Of a stretch of DNA of 64,000 nucleotides, positions 13,167-24,616 are shown one piece after another. A program made the translations under genes and the position numbers. Positions within the stretch are counted from its first letter, which is position 1. Each line of letters opens with the position of its first letter. The stretch comes from Selaginella moellendorffii (Eukaryota > Plantae > Lycopodiophyta), in contig NW_003314266.1 in the NCBI RefSeq assembly GCF_000143415.4, positions 2,461,856-2,525,855 of the forward strand, in the 5' to 3' direction. The notes below the pieces were generated by a model. It was not told the origin of the DNA. It did not search any database and saw only the letters and a program-made list of their open reading frames with translations.

Positions 13167-14116
13167 GACTGCAACAGAGGTGGACTTTGAGGCAGAGTGA
13201 ACTCGAGCAATCGGGGAGGCTTCTTGGGACACACAGCTGCTTTGTGATTAGGATCAGTACAGTAGAGGCAAAGATTATGAGATATTCGACGTTGCTTCTC
13301 AGCAAGACTCAACTTCCCTCTAATGAGTCGGGGAGTACCAGAAATATCCATCGGGACCGGAGCAGTAGGTTCAGGACTATGCCCCGAAGACTCAAGCTAG
13401 GATTCCTGAGTCTGGGACGGAAAAACAGCGACGCGGCGACTTTCCTGACGACGTTCAAAGAGACGATTGTCATATCGAACAGCTTTGTTGATGGTGTCCG
13501 ATAGGTCCTTGGGATCCTCCATGGTGAGCAACAAATCCTTGACACCATTGTTGAGGCCGAAACGAAATTGGTCAATCAGGGCCCACTCATCCCACTGAGT
13601 GTCCAAGGCAAGGAGTTGGAACTCTGCAGCGTAGATCAAGGCAGGACGAGACCCCTGAGAGAGACGTCTCATCTTTGTGGTAGCAGCCCGAACCCGATCC
13701 GTCTCGCCAAAATATGCTTCGAGCTTCTCTTTGAACAATTGAAGATCCATCAGCTCCGGAACCACGACCCCTTTCATGCTCTTCTCCAGAAGAGGAGAAA
13801 ACCATGACAAAGCTGCACCCTCGAGCAACGTCCCAATCGCGCCGATTTGAGACTCGGGAGTGGGGTACCGCCGATGTTGAAGTGCAAAGATCAGCTCCAT
13901 TTGGTTCAAAAATCCACGAAGCTCCGAACGCTTGCCTGAAAATTTCACCGGGAAACTCACCTTCGGTTCAGGAACTTTGCTGGATCCTTGAGCCGAAAGT
14001 GAAGCAAGCTCCTGCTGCATGCGAAGAAGGGTCGCCTTCAGCTCGGTATTCTCAGACTGGATTTTTGCAAGGACTTCGGCAAAGAAATCAGGATGGCTTG
14101 GAGACTCCATTGGCAA
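13139..14116 (-). pseudogene. gag: gag of the Tcn1-type element (one in-frame TAG at 13397-13399)
   Basis: Retrotrans_gag-like sequence (FSGKRSELRGF, LSQGSR, FRFGL) and CCHC knuckle CLYCTDPNHKAAVC. Confidence 0.88.
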
Positions 14117-17100
14117 GAAGAAAGAAAAGAAAGGGGGAAAAAGACAAAGGCAATCAAATAATCAAAACGAGCTAAAAGAAAAGCAAAAAACACAATCTGA
14201 ATCAAACTGTCAAGACCCCCAACAAGATCAAGACTGGAAATGCTAAAGACAAAGAGAAAAAGCTAGTGAAAACAAAGAAAAGGCCTTAGACTGGTGTTGA
14301 TTCAGATTGTGGAGAAATGGAACAAGGCTAACCTATATATACTATAGGTTGATGAAGCTCCACCACTCTTGGATCGAGGACGGCCTAAATATAGCTGAAG
14401 TCGAGGAGGCGCCACATCATCATCAGGAATGTGGCTCAAGACTCAGGAATTGGGAAGTGTCTCGAGAGTCAGGAATAGGGAAGTGTCTCGAGAGTCAGGA
14501 ATGTGGTCTGCAGGTCAGGAATCTGGCGAGAGTCAGGAATGTGGCAAGAATTGGGTTTGATCACGAAGACCATATCTTCGGATATCTACATTGCACTAAC
14601 ACTTTTCTTTAACCACTTTCAATATCTAATGTGAAGCCAAAACACTAACAAGAAAAATGACATGGAAAATCAAGCTTTAAGGAAAATTCCTTATCACTCA
14701 AACAACAATGTCATTTCCATTAACACTAGTGTTAGTGATGTCAATACCTTAACTACACATCTTCTCTATCCAACAATATACTCTAAGTGTTAATGGATCA
14801 ACTGACAAACCATAGCAAGTGAATACTATAATCTTTTCTAACACCTTATGGGCAAACCCTCAAGGAAACAATATACCAACTTAATCTTAGTATAATGAAC
14901 CACTATCGAGAATCCAGTCAAAGCTACTACAATGCTACTTTGTGTAAGTAGACTAGTTTCACCATTAACCACTTTGGGGTTGATTATCATTTAACCAAAC
15001 AACTTCATAAACACATTACTCATTATTACATGGATATGATATAAGTATCACAATGACTTGATCATCAATTGAGCAACACCACGAACAACACCCATATCAT
15101 TACTTCAAAGGTTTATGTGAGTATCAAGTGCCAACTCGATTTGACAAAATGCATAATAAATGCCACACTCTACCGATAGAGATTTACAACACACAACACC
15201 ACTAACTTTTTCTTTTTTCACAACACGGATAAGCTCATGCCACTTTTTTTCCGACCAAACTCAAAACTAATCCAACACCAAACTACTCAAGGAGCAATAG
15301 CAAGGTTCCCCAAAAAAGAATTGAGCATTGCAACCCAAATCTTCCAATAACAAGCCTAAACAAAATGGTATAGTGTTTCATCGCTAACCATCCCATAACT
15401 CACTATTTGTAAGACCATCATAACCAATATGCATCAAAGTAGGAACACTTGATTGCATAATATGAACACGAACAATGCGTTAACACCTCGTTGATAATCA
15501 TCTCTCCAAGAAGAGAAAATGTCACGTGTTTGATCCTTCGTCCCTGATGACTTTCTTTTCGGTCTCATCTTTGACTAAACTTCAAGCTTGCTTTCGCATT
15601 GCCTTCAGTCTAATCCAAGAAAAATTTATGAGAGAGCAGGGCAATAAATACTTGAACCAATAGACTAATCCCTACAGTCTTGATTAATTCACTTGTAATC
15701 ATGCCTAGGAAGGATCCACTAGTGCCATGCTAAATAGCTACAGACCAACCTATTTGCCACTCATAGCAAACCTAGGGAAGGTTTACTTTCACCTATGGTA
15801 CATAGAACAACTTATAGAACCACCAATAGGCTAACATTAGTCCTGCTAACTCAAAGTGTAACCTCAAGTTGCTAATGCGCCTAACTCATGAGCCTAAGTG
15901 CAAACTCGTGTTAATGTGCCTCACTCACAAGCTCAAGTGCAAACTTGTATAAACAGAACAACTCAATCCCTTTTATGAGCCCAAGAGCAAGCTCATATTA
16001 TTACAGTACAAAAAAAAGTAACCAAATCCATACATAAGGAACCAATGTGAAGTCTTAACACCCAAACGTGTACCCACTCGAATCATCATTTTCATCTCTG
16101 CGTATGCAACAAGACTAGTTGCCCAATCTCATTGGATAATACTCGCTGAGACTCATCCTCTAATACCAAATGTAGCACATGTGGTTTTTACCCTTTATCC
16201 TATGGTGATTTACCATAGAATAACACCATGAAGCAGAACCTAAACCCTCCATGTGCCATGTGTCACATGCCACGTGTTCATAAGATAGTGGTGTGGAACC
16301 CGAGGTTCAGGGCCTTGGGCCATTGAACAAAGGAACGGTGCCAAATTCCCAAGTATGGAGCCAAGGAGTGACGGAACCGAACCACGAAGCCACTCCCGAG
16401 CATACAGCCCAAGGAGCGAAGGGACAGGAGCCCAGAGCAACTTGGAATAGTCCTAGAGCAACCAGCATCCCAATGCCAGGACCAACAAGCAAAACGAAGT
16501 TAAACGGAGTCTAGTGCTATTTCGGCATACTGGTTGCATAATGCAAGGATATGGGTACTCCACTAACTAGTATGGAATGGAACTTAGGCTTAGACCTAAA
16601 TCGAATGCAAAATAAGGACAAGCACACAAGCGGAAGTTAAACTATGCCTCAAGTTGGTCAGCCATGCCCAACCTACCTACCCACTATCCCTACTATACAT
16701 TTGAAACCCCCCACAAGCCCCCCCCCCCTCCTTAAGGAACACACACTTTAGGCTTTCACCCCAAGCCTCATTTAGTATCAGGAGTTAGTCTCTGGGACAA
16801 GCTTGAAATTTACTAAATATGGAATATTCCTAGATTGTGAATTTGGACATCATCATTGTGTTCAAAACAATTTCTACATTCCGTAGATATGCCAAATTAG
16901 CAAATCTATACACTTTCCATAAATAGCATTGGGACCGAAATGAGACTAACACAAAGGGCATGATAGTGAGGGTGTTTGGCAGACACAGTAAGCTATCATT
17001 TAGTGAATATTGAGGGACCAATCTCAATATTGTGGGGGTTCTTGATACTAGTAAGTGCAAGCCAATGACACAAGTTTCTCAAACTAAGCCAAATATGTTC

Positions 17101-17305
17101 AACAAGAAACACATAGGGTTCTTACCTTATGTTTATCCAATCTAAGTGCATGTTCATTGACCAGTTTCTCAACTAACTCAAGTGGGAATTGATAACAAGT
17201 CTAGTAATATCGACCTCCTGCCATTGTGGTAGTAAGGAAAGAGTGTCCGTAAGGACTAGCCGACAGGCAACTTTTGATACCCAAAGTCACATTCGCAACA
17301 TTGGT

Positions 17306-18110
17306 GTACAACCCAAAAAATGAAGGGACAAAAGCATGGAGCGACTCCCAAGTGTATAGCCCAAGGAACGAAGGGATATGAGTACAAAGAGATATTGGAA
17401 TAATCTCAGAGCATCCAACATCCCAATGCCAAAACTAACATGCAAAACAAAGCCAAATGAAATTTAGAGTAATTTTAGCATATTAATGCCCTAATACAAG
17501 GATATAAATATTCCACTAGGTAGCATGGCATAGAGTTTGAGCTTATACCCAAACCAAACACAAAACAAGGATAGGCATGCAAATGGGAACTAAACTATGC
17601 CTCATATTAGTTAACCATGGTTAACTTACCTACTATCTTTAGTATACATTTAAAACCCTCTATAACCCCCCCAAGGAACATACACTTTGGGCTTTCACCT
17701 TAGTCCTAGCAGTTAATCTTTGGGATAATCATAAAAACTTATTAAATATGAAATTATGCTAGATTGCAAATTTGAATGCAAGAACAATGCTATTGTGTTT
17801 AGGAAAATCTCTACATTCTATATATATACCTTACTCACTAATCTAAAATAGTCAATTAGACCAAACGGAAACAATATATAGGGTATGATAGTGAAAGTAT
17901 TTTGGCAAATATAATAAACTATCATCTAGCAAATATTAAAGGATGAAGTTCAATATTGCAAGAGTTCCTAACACTAGTAAGTATAAGCTAATAACATGAG
18001 TTTTTCATCACTATGCCAAGTATGCTTGATTGATAGTAATTTAGGATTTCCTTCCTTAGTGCTCTTTCAGTTTAAGCGCATATATGATGACAAATTTCTT
18101 AATTAGCTTT
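17306..18110 (-). mobile_element. Older family-A LTR, right piece (degenerate, end uncertain)
   Basis: Continues the LTR broken at 4491; colinear with the middle and distal part of LTR 16171-17300. Confidence 0.7.
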
Positions 18111-19108
18111 GATGTTAAAGTTGGTTCTCGCATTTAGCAATCATTGATGATGATTAATTGTTATTAGAATCAGTTGATTATTCAAACCTAAAGATGCTTA
18201 ACCCCAAATATCTAAAGACCCTTAATCGATTAGAAAATCATGTGCACTCTTATTTATAAGCCTTTTCCTTTTATATTTAAACCTTATGGATCGTTTCTCA
18301 AATTGTTTGTAAGCCACAAAAATTTCCTTTTCAATTTGCTAGCTTACCTCGTCTATCCGACTAACACTGCCTTGGCTTGTGCTAAGTTCCCTTGCCAAGG
18401 TTCTCGCTTATTGTACCAACTTTTACTTGGTCCTACTTGGTTTCAGCTACTCACTGCACGAGCAACGGAGTGTTAGCCATCCATCTAAGGATTCCCAAAT
18501 CTCTCCCAATCCCCCTCCTCGGGTTAGACTGGATTTAAGGTTTGGCTACACTCCCCGCAGGCACAAGCAGCCAAGCACACTAAGCTTCCAGATTCCTAAC
18601 ACCTCTTGGTACAACAAGACTTGATCATGGGACCCTCTAAATCCCAAGCCTTGAGTGCAACACTTGCTTCGGGACGTCGGGGCGAAACACCGTGGCCTAA
18701 CGGCCCGGTATGGGTACCTCTACCCCCCCACTTCCATCCCGAAGGGAAGGCCCAAGCCCTTAGGAAGGGTGAGGATCAATGAGCCACAAGGTACTCAAGT
18801 GGGGCACCACTCCACATGAGCTGGGAGCACTGTAGTTGGTTTCCCTTTCGGGAGTGGGAGCTGCTCTTGAACACTTCCTTGGGTGGCCCCTCCGGCACCA
18901 CCCAAACCCATACTCACTCCCACCCAAGGCCCCTCGGCCCCAGTCTCAACCTCAAGTCAGTTTGGAAGCACCACTGGAGAGTTCCTTCAAGACTGGTTCC
19001 TGGACCTCACTATCCCTAATAAATTTTGGGAACCCCAGGGGGGCCCCCCCCCCCCCCCCCCCCCAGGAGACGCACGCTTTGGGCTTTCACCCCTTGACCC
19101 GTATTAGT

Positions 19109-19380
19109 ACTCGGACTTAGTCTCTGGCTCGATCTCGGACTCAATCTCGGATTCGGTCTCGGACTCGATCTCGAACTCGATCTCGGACCCGATCTCGGAC
19201 TCGACCTCGGACTCGACCTCGGACTCGGTCTCGGACCCAATTTCGGATCTTGGACTCCGTCTCGAACTCAGTCTCGAACTCGGTCTCCAAATCGGTCTCA
19301 GACTCGATTCCGGACTCTATCCCGAACTCGGTCTTAGAGTCGGTCTTGGACTCGATCTTAGACTTGGTCCCATCCGATGA
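19109..19380. repeat. Degenerate 6/12-bp tandem array (CTCGGACTCGAT)n in the family-B LTR; second copy at ~25466-25730
   Basis: Visible periodicity; produces the RVRDRV and SPRS pseudo-ORFs. Confidence 0.9.
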
Positions 19381-19857
19381 ACTCTTTATCATTTTGGTCA
19401 TGCTTTCGGGGCTCCTTTAGCCTACGACACCTTGGCTAATTGGTTCCTTACAACTCCACCACCCATAGAAGAAGTTTGATGCCCACATCGAACGTCTCTT
19501 TTTTTTTATCCTACGACTTGTTGACCATGTCTCCAGGGGCATCCCCCCACTTAGCGGTGTGCCTAAGTTAGCCTCCCCAGCCAAGAGCCCATGACAACGG
19601 AGTATAGGTGTCCCTATACTCCTCACCTCACCACGCCCTAGTATGGGGTCGGGACTTGAACCCAGCCTTGCTTTACTAGGGGGTTGGGACTTGAACCCAA
19701 CCTCCGTAGAATACGTTTATGGATTCGACATCCCCGCGGGGAGTCGGGTGTTGTGCCCTACGCCTGGTCGACCTAGCTAACCCATGCTAATTAGCTTACC
19801 TTCGGCGTACCTTCGGGTCCCAATATATGCCATTACTCAACTTCACAAATTGATACT

Positions 19858-22800
19858 TTAATTGAACTTTGCATAAGTACATAGATTTCTGCCTTGAAGA
19901 AATTCCTCCACTAAATCTCGCGCGTTCGCTAGGTTCTCCTCCGGTTCCCATGTTGCTTCGCAGTGTGGAAATCCCTTCCACTTCACATGGAACTCTCTCA
20001 CCTCGCGTCCTTGTCGCTTACTCTTGTGCACATTGAGGATGGCCTCGACTTCGTATTCCTCTTCCCCTTGGATAACCTTAGGTAAAGGTCTTACTTGGTC
20101 TTTGCGAAGCGGATCCTCAAAGTACGGCTTGAGTAAGTTCACGTGGAACACTGGGTGCATCTTCCCCATCTCTCAAGGAAGTCGGAGTCGGTAAGCCACT
20201 TTATCGATTCGTGCCTCAATCTCGTAAGGCCCTGCGAACCTGCTTAAGGAACTCAAGATCAATTCATTTACAGGAATACATATGTTTTTACCTTTGGGTC
20301 AACTTTCGGCTGATCCCACTTGGTAGCCTGAGGTTCTTGGTGTTCAGCCACACCTTCTCCCCAGCTTGGAACTCTACGTCCCGGCGCTTCTGGTTCGCGT
20401 ACTTGGTTTGCCTTTGTTGCACCCGTTCTAAGGAATCCCTCACTAAATTCCAAATGTTGAGTCTTTCTACCGTGAATGCCTCCACTGCAGGTAGCTCTCC
20501 ATGATACTCGGCCACGTCGAGTTCCACAGGACCTTCAATAGCTCCCCCATTGATGACTTCCCATGGACTCACCTCGATACTTGAATGTGGTGAGTTGTTA
20601 TAACACATTTCCACAATACCCAATCGGTTTGGTCTCCCGAGACATAGCATCACAAATAATCCTTCAGCTGGCTATTCACCCTTTCCGTTTGTCCATCTGT
20701 CAAGAAGTGTTAGTGCCACTAAACTTGACTTAATACCCCATACCTGTCTGTGGGTAATAGGCTGTGCTGAATTTCAACTTGGTGCAATACTGTTCCAGGA
20801 GAGTCCTCCAAAACCTACTAGTGAAGATCTTATCTCGATCTGAGATGATTTCTTCCGGCCTTCCCCGCACTTGAACCACTTGTTCGAAGAACAGCTTTGC
20901 CACACCTTCCGCATCCACTTTCGTTGTGGTGGGTATGAAATGTGCTATTTTCGAAAATCGGTCCACCACCACGAATATCGCATCAAACCCCTCGCTTGGG
21001 GGAAGTCCCGTGATGAAGTCCATCGTAAGACATTTCCACGGACGATCTGGAATTGAGATGCTTTGCAACAAGCCCCCACTAGCCTTAGTCACGGCTTTGA
21101 CCTGCTGACATGTTGGACATGTCTTTACATAATCTTGGACGTCCTTAGCCATATCTGGCCAATGGTACTTCCTCTTGAGTAAGCCCATCGTCTTGGGCAC
21201 TCCGCCATGTCCCACAAGAGGTCCGTCATGACACTCTTCTAAGGCTACCTTCCTTAATTCCCCTTCTGGAACATACACCCTCATTAGTTTGTAATAGATG
21301 AGTCCGTTGCGTTTTGCATAGCTCGTTTTCTCTTTTGTTGGCAGCTCACCTCTCTGGTGAGCTTCCCGTGCCTCTAGATTCCTCAGCAACACTTCTTGTG
21401 CTAGACCATCGTTCTCATATGCTGTCCGCACATCGTCCCAGAAGGTTGCTGTTGCGCTGGATATCGCCAACCTCAAGCTCGCTTTTCGACTTAGCGCATC
21501 TACCACGATGTTGCTCTTCCCAGGCTTATACAGAATCTTGCAATCAAACTCGGCCAAGGCATTGGCCCACCGACGTTGTTTCCCTCTCAAGTCGGGTTGT
21601 GACAAGAAGTGCTTCATTGCCACATTGTCCGTGTAAACCTTGAAGTGTCTCCCAAGGTAGTGTCGCCACTCCTTGAGTGCCTTGACCACCGCAAACAATT
21701 CCTTCTCGTGGGCAGGCCACTTCCATTGACCCTTGTCCAACTTCTTTGAGAAGAACGCTACTGGATGGTTGTCTTGCTTCAAAACTGCGCCCAACGCAAA
21801 GTCTGAAGCATCTGTTTCTACCTCAAAGTCCTTACCAAAGTCTGGTAATGCCAACACGGGAGCCTTCTTCAACTTCTCTTTGAGGTAGACGAATGCCGCC
21901 TCGCATTCCGCTGTCCATACCATCTTCCCTTTTCCTGTTTGGTCCATTAAGGGCAAGGCTACTCTCAAATAGTGTCTGATAAACTTTCGGTAGTAGTTGC
22001 ATAGCCCCAAGAACGCCCTCAACTCATGTACATTTGATGGTCACTCCCATTCTTGGATAGCTTGGATCTTCTCCAGGTCCACCTTGAGCCCGTCCTGGCC
22101 CACCACATGCCCGAGAAACTTTACCTCTTGTTGAACAAAGTCACATTTGCTTTCTTTAGCATACAGTTTGTGTTCCCTTAGTTTCTCAAACACCTTCGCC
22201 AAGTGCTCGGCATGCTCCTCTAGCGTCTCGCTATAGATCAGGATGTCGTCGATATAAACAACCATGAAGTGATCCATATAGGGTACAAAGATGTGGTTCA
22301 TCAGCGCCAAAAACGTTGCCGGTGCATTGCATAGCCCGAAGAGCATCACCAGAAACTCAAAGCTCCCATACCTCGTTCGATAGGTTGTCTTCTCGACATC
22401 TTCCTCGGCTACCCTGATCTGGTAGTATCCTAACCTTAGGTCAATCCTCGAGAAGTATTTTGCCTTTCCTAACCTATTGAACAGGTCCTCAATTCTTGGC
22501 AAAGGGTACTTGTTCTTCTTTGTATACTTGTTGAGCAACCGGTAGTCTATGCACATGTGCATAGAACCATCTTTCTTTTTCACAAATAATACCGGCGCCC
22601 CATACGGCGACTTGCTCAACCTAACATACCCTTTGTCCACCAACTCCTCTAGTTGGCACTTGAGCTCTTTGAGTTCTTTTTCGTTCAAACGATAAGGGGG
22701 ACGAACCATCGCCTTAGCACCCTCGACCAGCTCAATCTTATGTTCCATCGGTCGTGTGGGGGGCAACCCTGCCGGTAGCTCCTCCGGCATGGTATCCTGG

Positions 22801-24616
22801 AATTGGTCCAACACCCACTGGATCACTAAAGGTACTTCTTCCGTTCCTCTCTTTTTGTCACTCTTCATCGAGAGTAAGTTCAAAAAGGCTGCTTTAGTTC
22901 CTTTAGTGAGTTGTCCTTTCGTGGTCACCAGGTTTAAGCAAGAATCTTTGGCCTTGCTTTGCCCTACCCTTAGATCCTGGGCCTCCACCCTAGATCTTCT
23001 TCCTTGGGCATTCGCCAGTACCACAAGGTTCCTACCTTATCCATGCAGGGCTACCACGAACCGATTGAACTAATCCATTCCAAAGATCACGTCAAATCCC
23101 GCCATGTCCAACACGGTGAAATCCATGTTTACTTTCCATGTCCCTACTTCGACTCTCGCTTGTCGAAGTACCTCATCAATGCTTTGGCTACCTTGAACAA
23201 ACTCTATAGTCCTTGGTTCGCCTAGCCGCTGCACCGTTAGTCCAACTTGCCGGACTATGTCGGCAGCCACAAAATTATCCGAGCACCCGTGTCAATAAAG
23301 ATCTTAACAAAGCTACCTCCGAGCTTCCTTCGGAGGGCTAGTAGATGTCGCGAACGACTCTCTACCAAAGTTGCTCGTGTAATGAGTAATTTTGAGTTAG
23401 GGACTGGATCACATACCTCAGTTTGGACTTCACCTGACTTGACGGCCATATTGGCTTTGGCCTTCTTCGGGTAGGGACATTCCTTCGAAAAGTGTCCCGC
23501 TTCACTGCAGTTGTAGCATATGTTGTTTCCCACGGTGCTATATGACTTGACGTTCTTATCCGTGGGTTTGTCTCTTTTCGCTTGACTCCCCCACGTACTC
23601 GCTCGCTGGCCACCGGATTTGCCTTTTCAAAACCCTAAGGACTCATTCTTAGAGAAACTCTTCTTGAATTTCCCCTTGCTATACGTTCCCCTTGGTTTGG
23701 CCCCTTTGCTAAACGTGGATCCCGACCCCATCGTGTTCCCCTTTCGCAAGTTATCGTTGAAATGCACCTTGATGGCCGCATCCAATGCTTCCTTGTAGTT
23801 GGTCGGGTTCCAGCACATCACCTCACCGCGAGCCTAGGTTTGCAAACCTGATATGAAGGCATGGAACGCATTCATATCCCCCATGTCCGTGACAAATATC
23901 CTCTTTGCCATGAACCCATTCACATATTCTTGGATGGTTCCAGTCTGCTTCAGCCTACTCAGCTCATCTCTCAGATGCAGAGTGGCATTCAGAGGAACGT
24001 ATGTTGCGCGGATCCTCACCTTCATCATGTCCCAAGTGGCCACCGGTCCTTCGTTGGCCTCCGTCATTCTCCACCAAGACTTGGCATTATCTGCCAAGTA
24101 TGGTTTTGCACATGGGACTTTCTCCGAGTTCAGTAATCGCAACGCTCGAAAGTAGTCCTCTATATCGTAAAACCAATCCTCCACCACCTTATAGTCATTC
24201 ACTCCCTTGAAGACCGGTGGGGGCTTTGGTTTGTACTTGAGAATTGCCTGAGGGATTGATTTTACTTCGGTCTATTCGACCTTGTTTGGTTCTGCCTCAA
24301 TCCCGGCCAAAGGGTCCACACCTTCTGCGCTGCCAACATCCGCAGTCTTTCTCTTTTTTTTCCGCTTCTCGTCACGCTTTAGCTTGCGTACGAGAGTCTC
24401 CAGCAGGGCATTAGTCTGTGCCAATTGTCCTTCTAGCACGTCCAATCGAGCCTTGGACGACCAAACTTCGCCACCGGACTCCTGTTTAGAAGTTTCCTCA
24501 CTAGAGTCCTCCTCATGCAAGGATTCCTCATCCATAGCCTCTTGTTCAACCGGAGGCTCTAGCTCTGGAGGAGGTTCCATCTCCGCCTTGGTTCGCTTTC
24601 GCCTTGCCTTTGCCAT
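19858..24616 (-). pseudogene. gag-pol: Single-frame gag-pol of family B with point stops/frameshifts and two GT-AG introns in the integrase (20697-20743, 20240-20291)
   Basis: CYNCSEAGHFSKEC, IDTGA, YIDD, DASD, HHCC-DDE integrase, GPY, and chromodomain EEYEVEAIL...VKWKGF...TWEP. Confidence 0.9.

Larger units (their letters stand above)
9011..14555 (-). mobile_element. Ty3/gypsy chromovirus, Tcn1/Tf1-sushi type (LTRs 9011-9396 and 14208-14555, right LTR end deleted)
   Basis: TGTCA...TGACA LTR; PPT at ~9397-9410; gag, PR, RT (YLDD), RNase H, integrase and chromodomain in gypsy order; PBS complementary to its own LTR rather than to a tRNA. Confidence 0.93.
4492..17300 (-). mobile_element. Full-length family-A LTR element (LTRs 4492-5629 and 16171-17300), internal region without intact ORFs, hosting a nested chromovirus
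   Basis: Paired ~1.13-kb LTRs; PPT (plus ctctcccccct, 5630-5640); tRNA-iMet-type PBS TGGTATTAGAG (minus, 16158-16168); TSD TTAGT/TTGGT with one transition. Confidence 0.88.

Noticed and set aside
19109-19380. CRISPR-like array or SR-repeat protein ORFs
   Set aside because: Simple 6/12-bp tandem repeat present in both LTRs, with no spacers.
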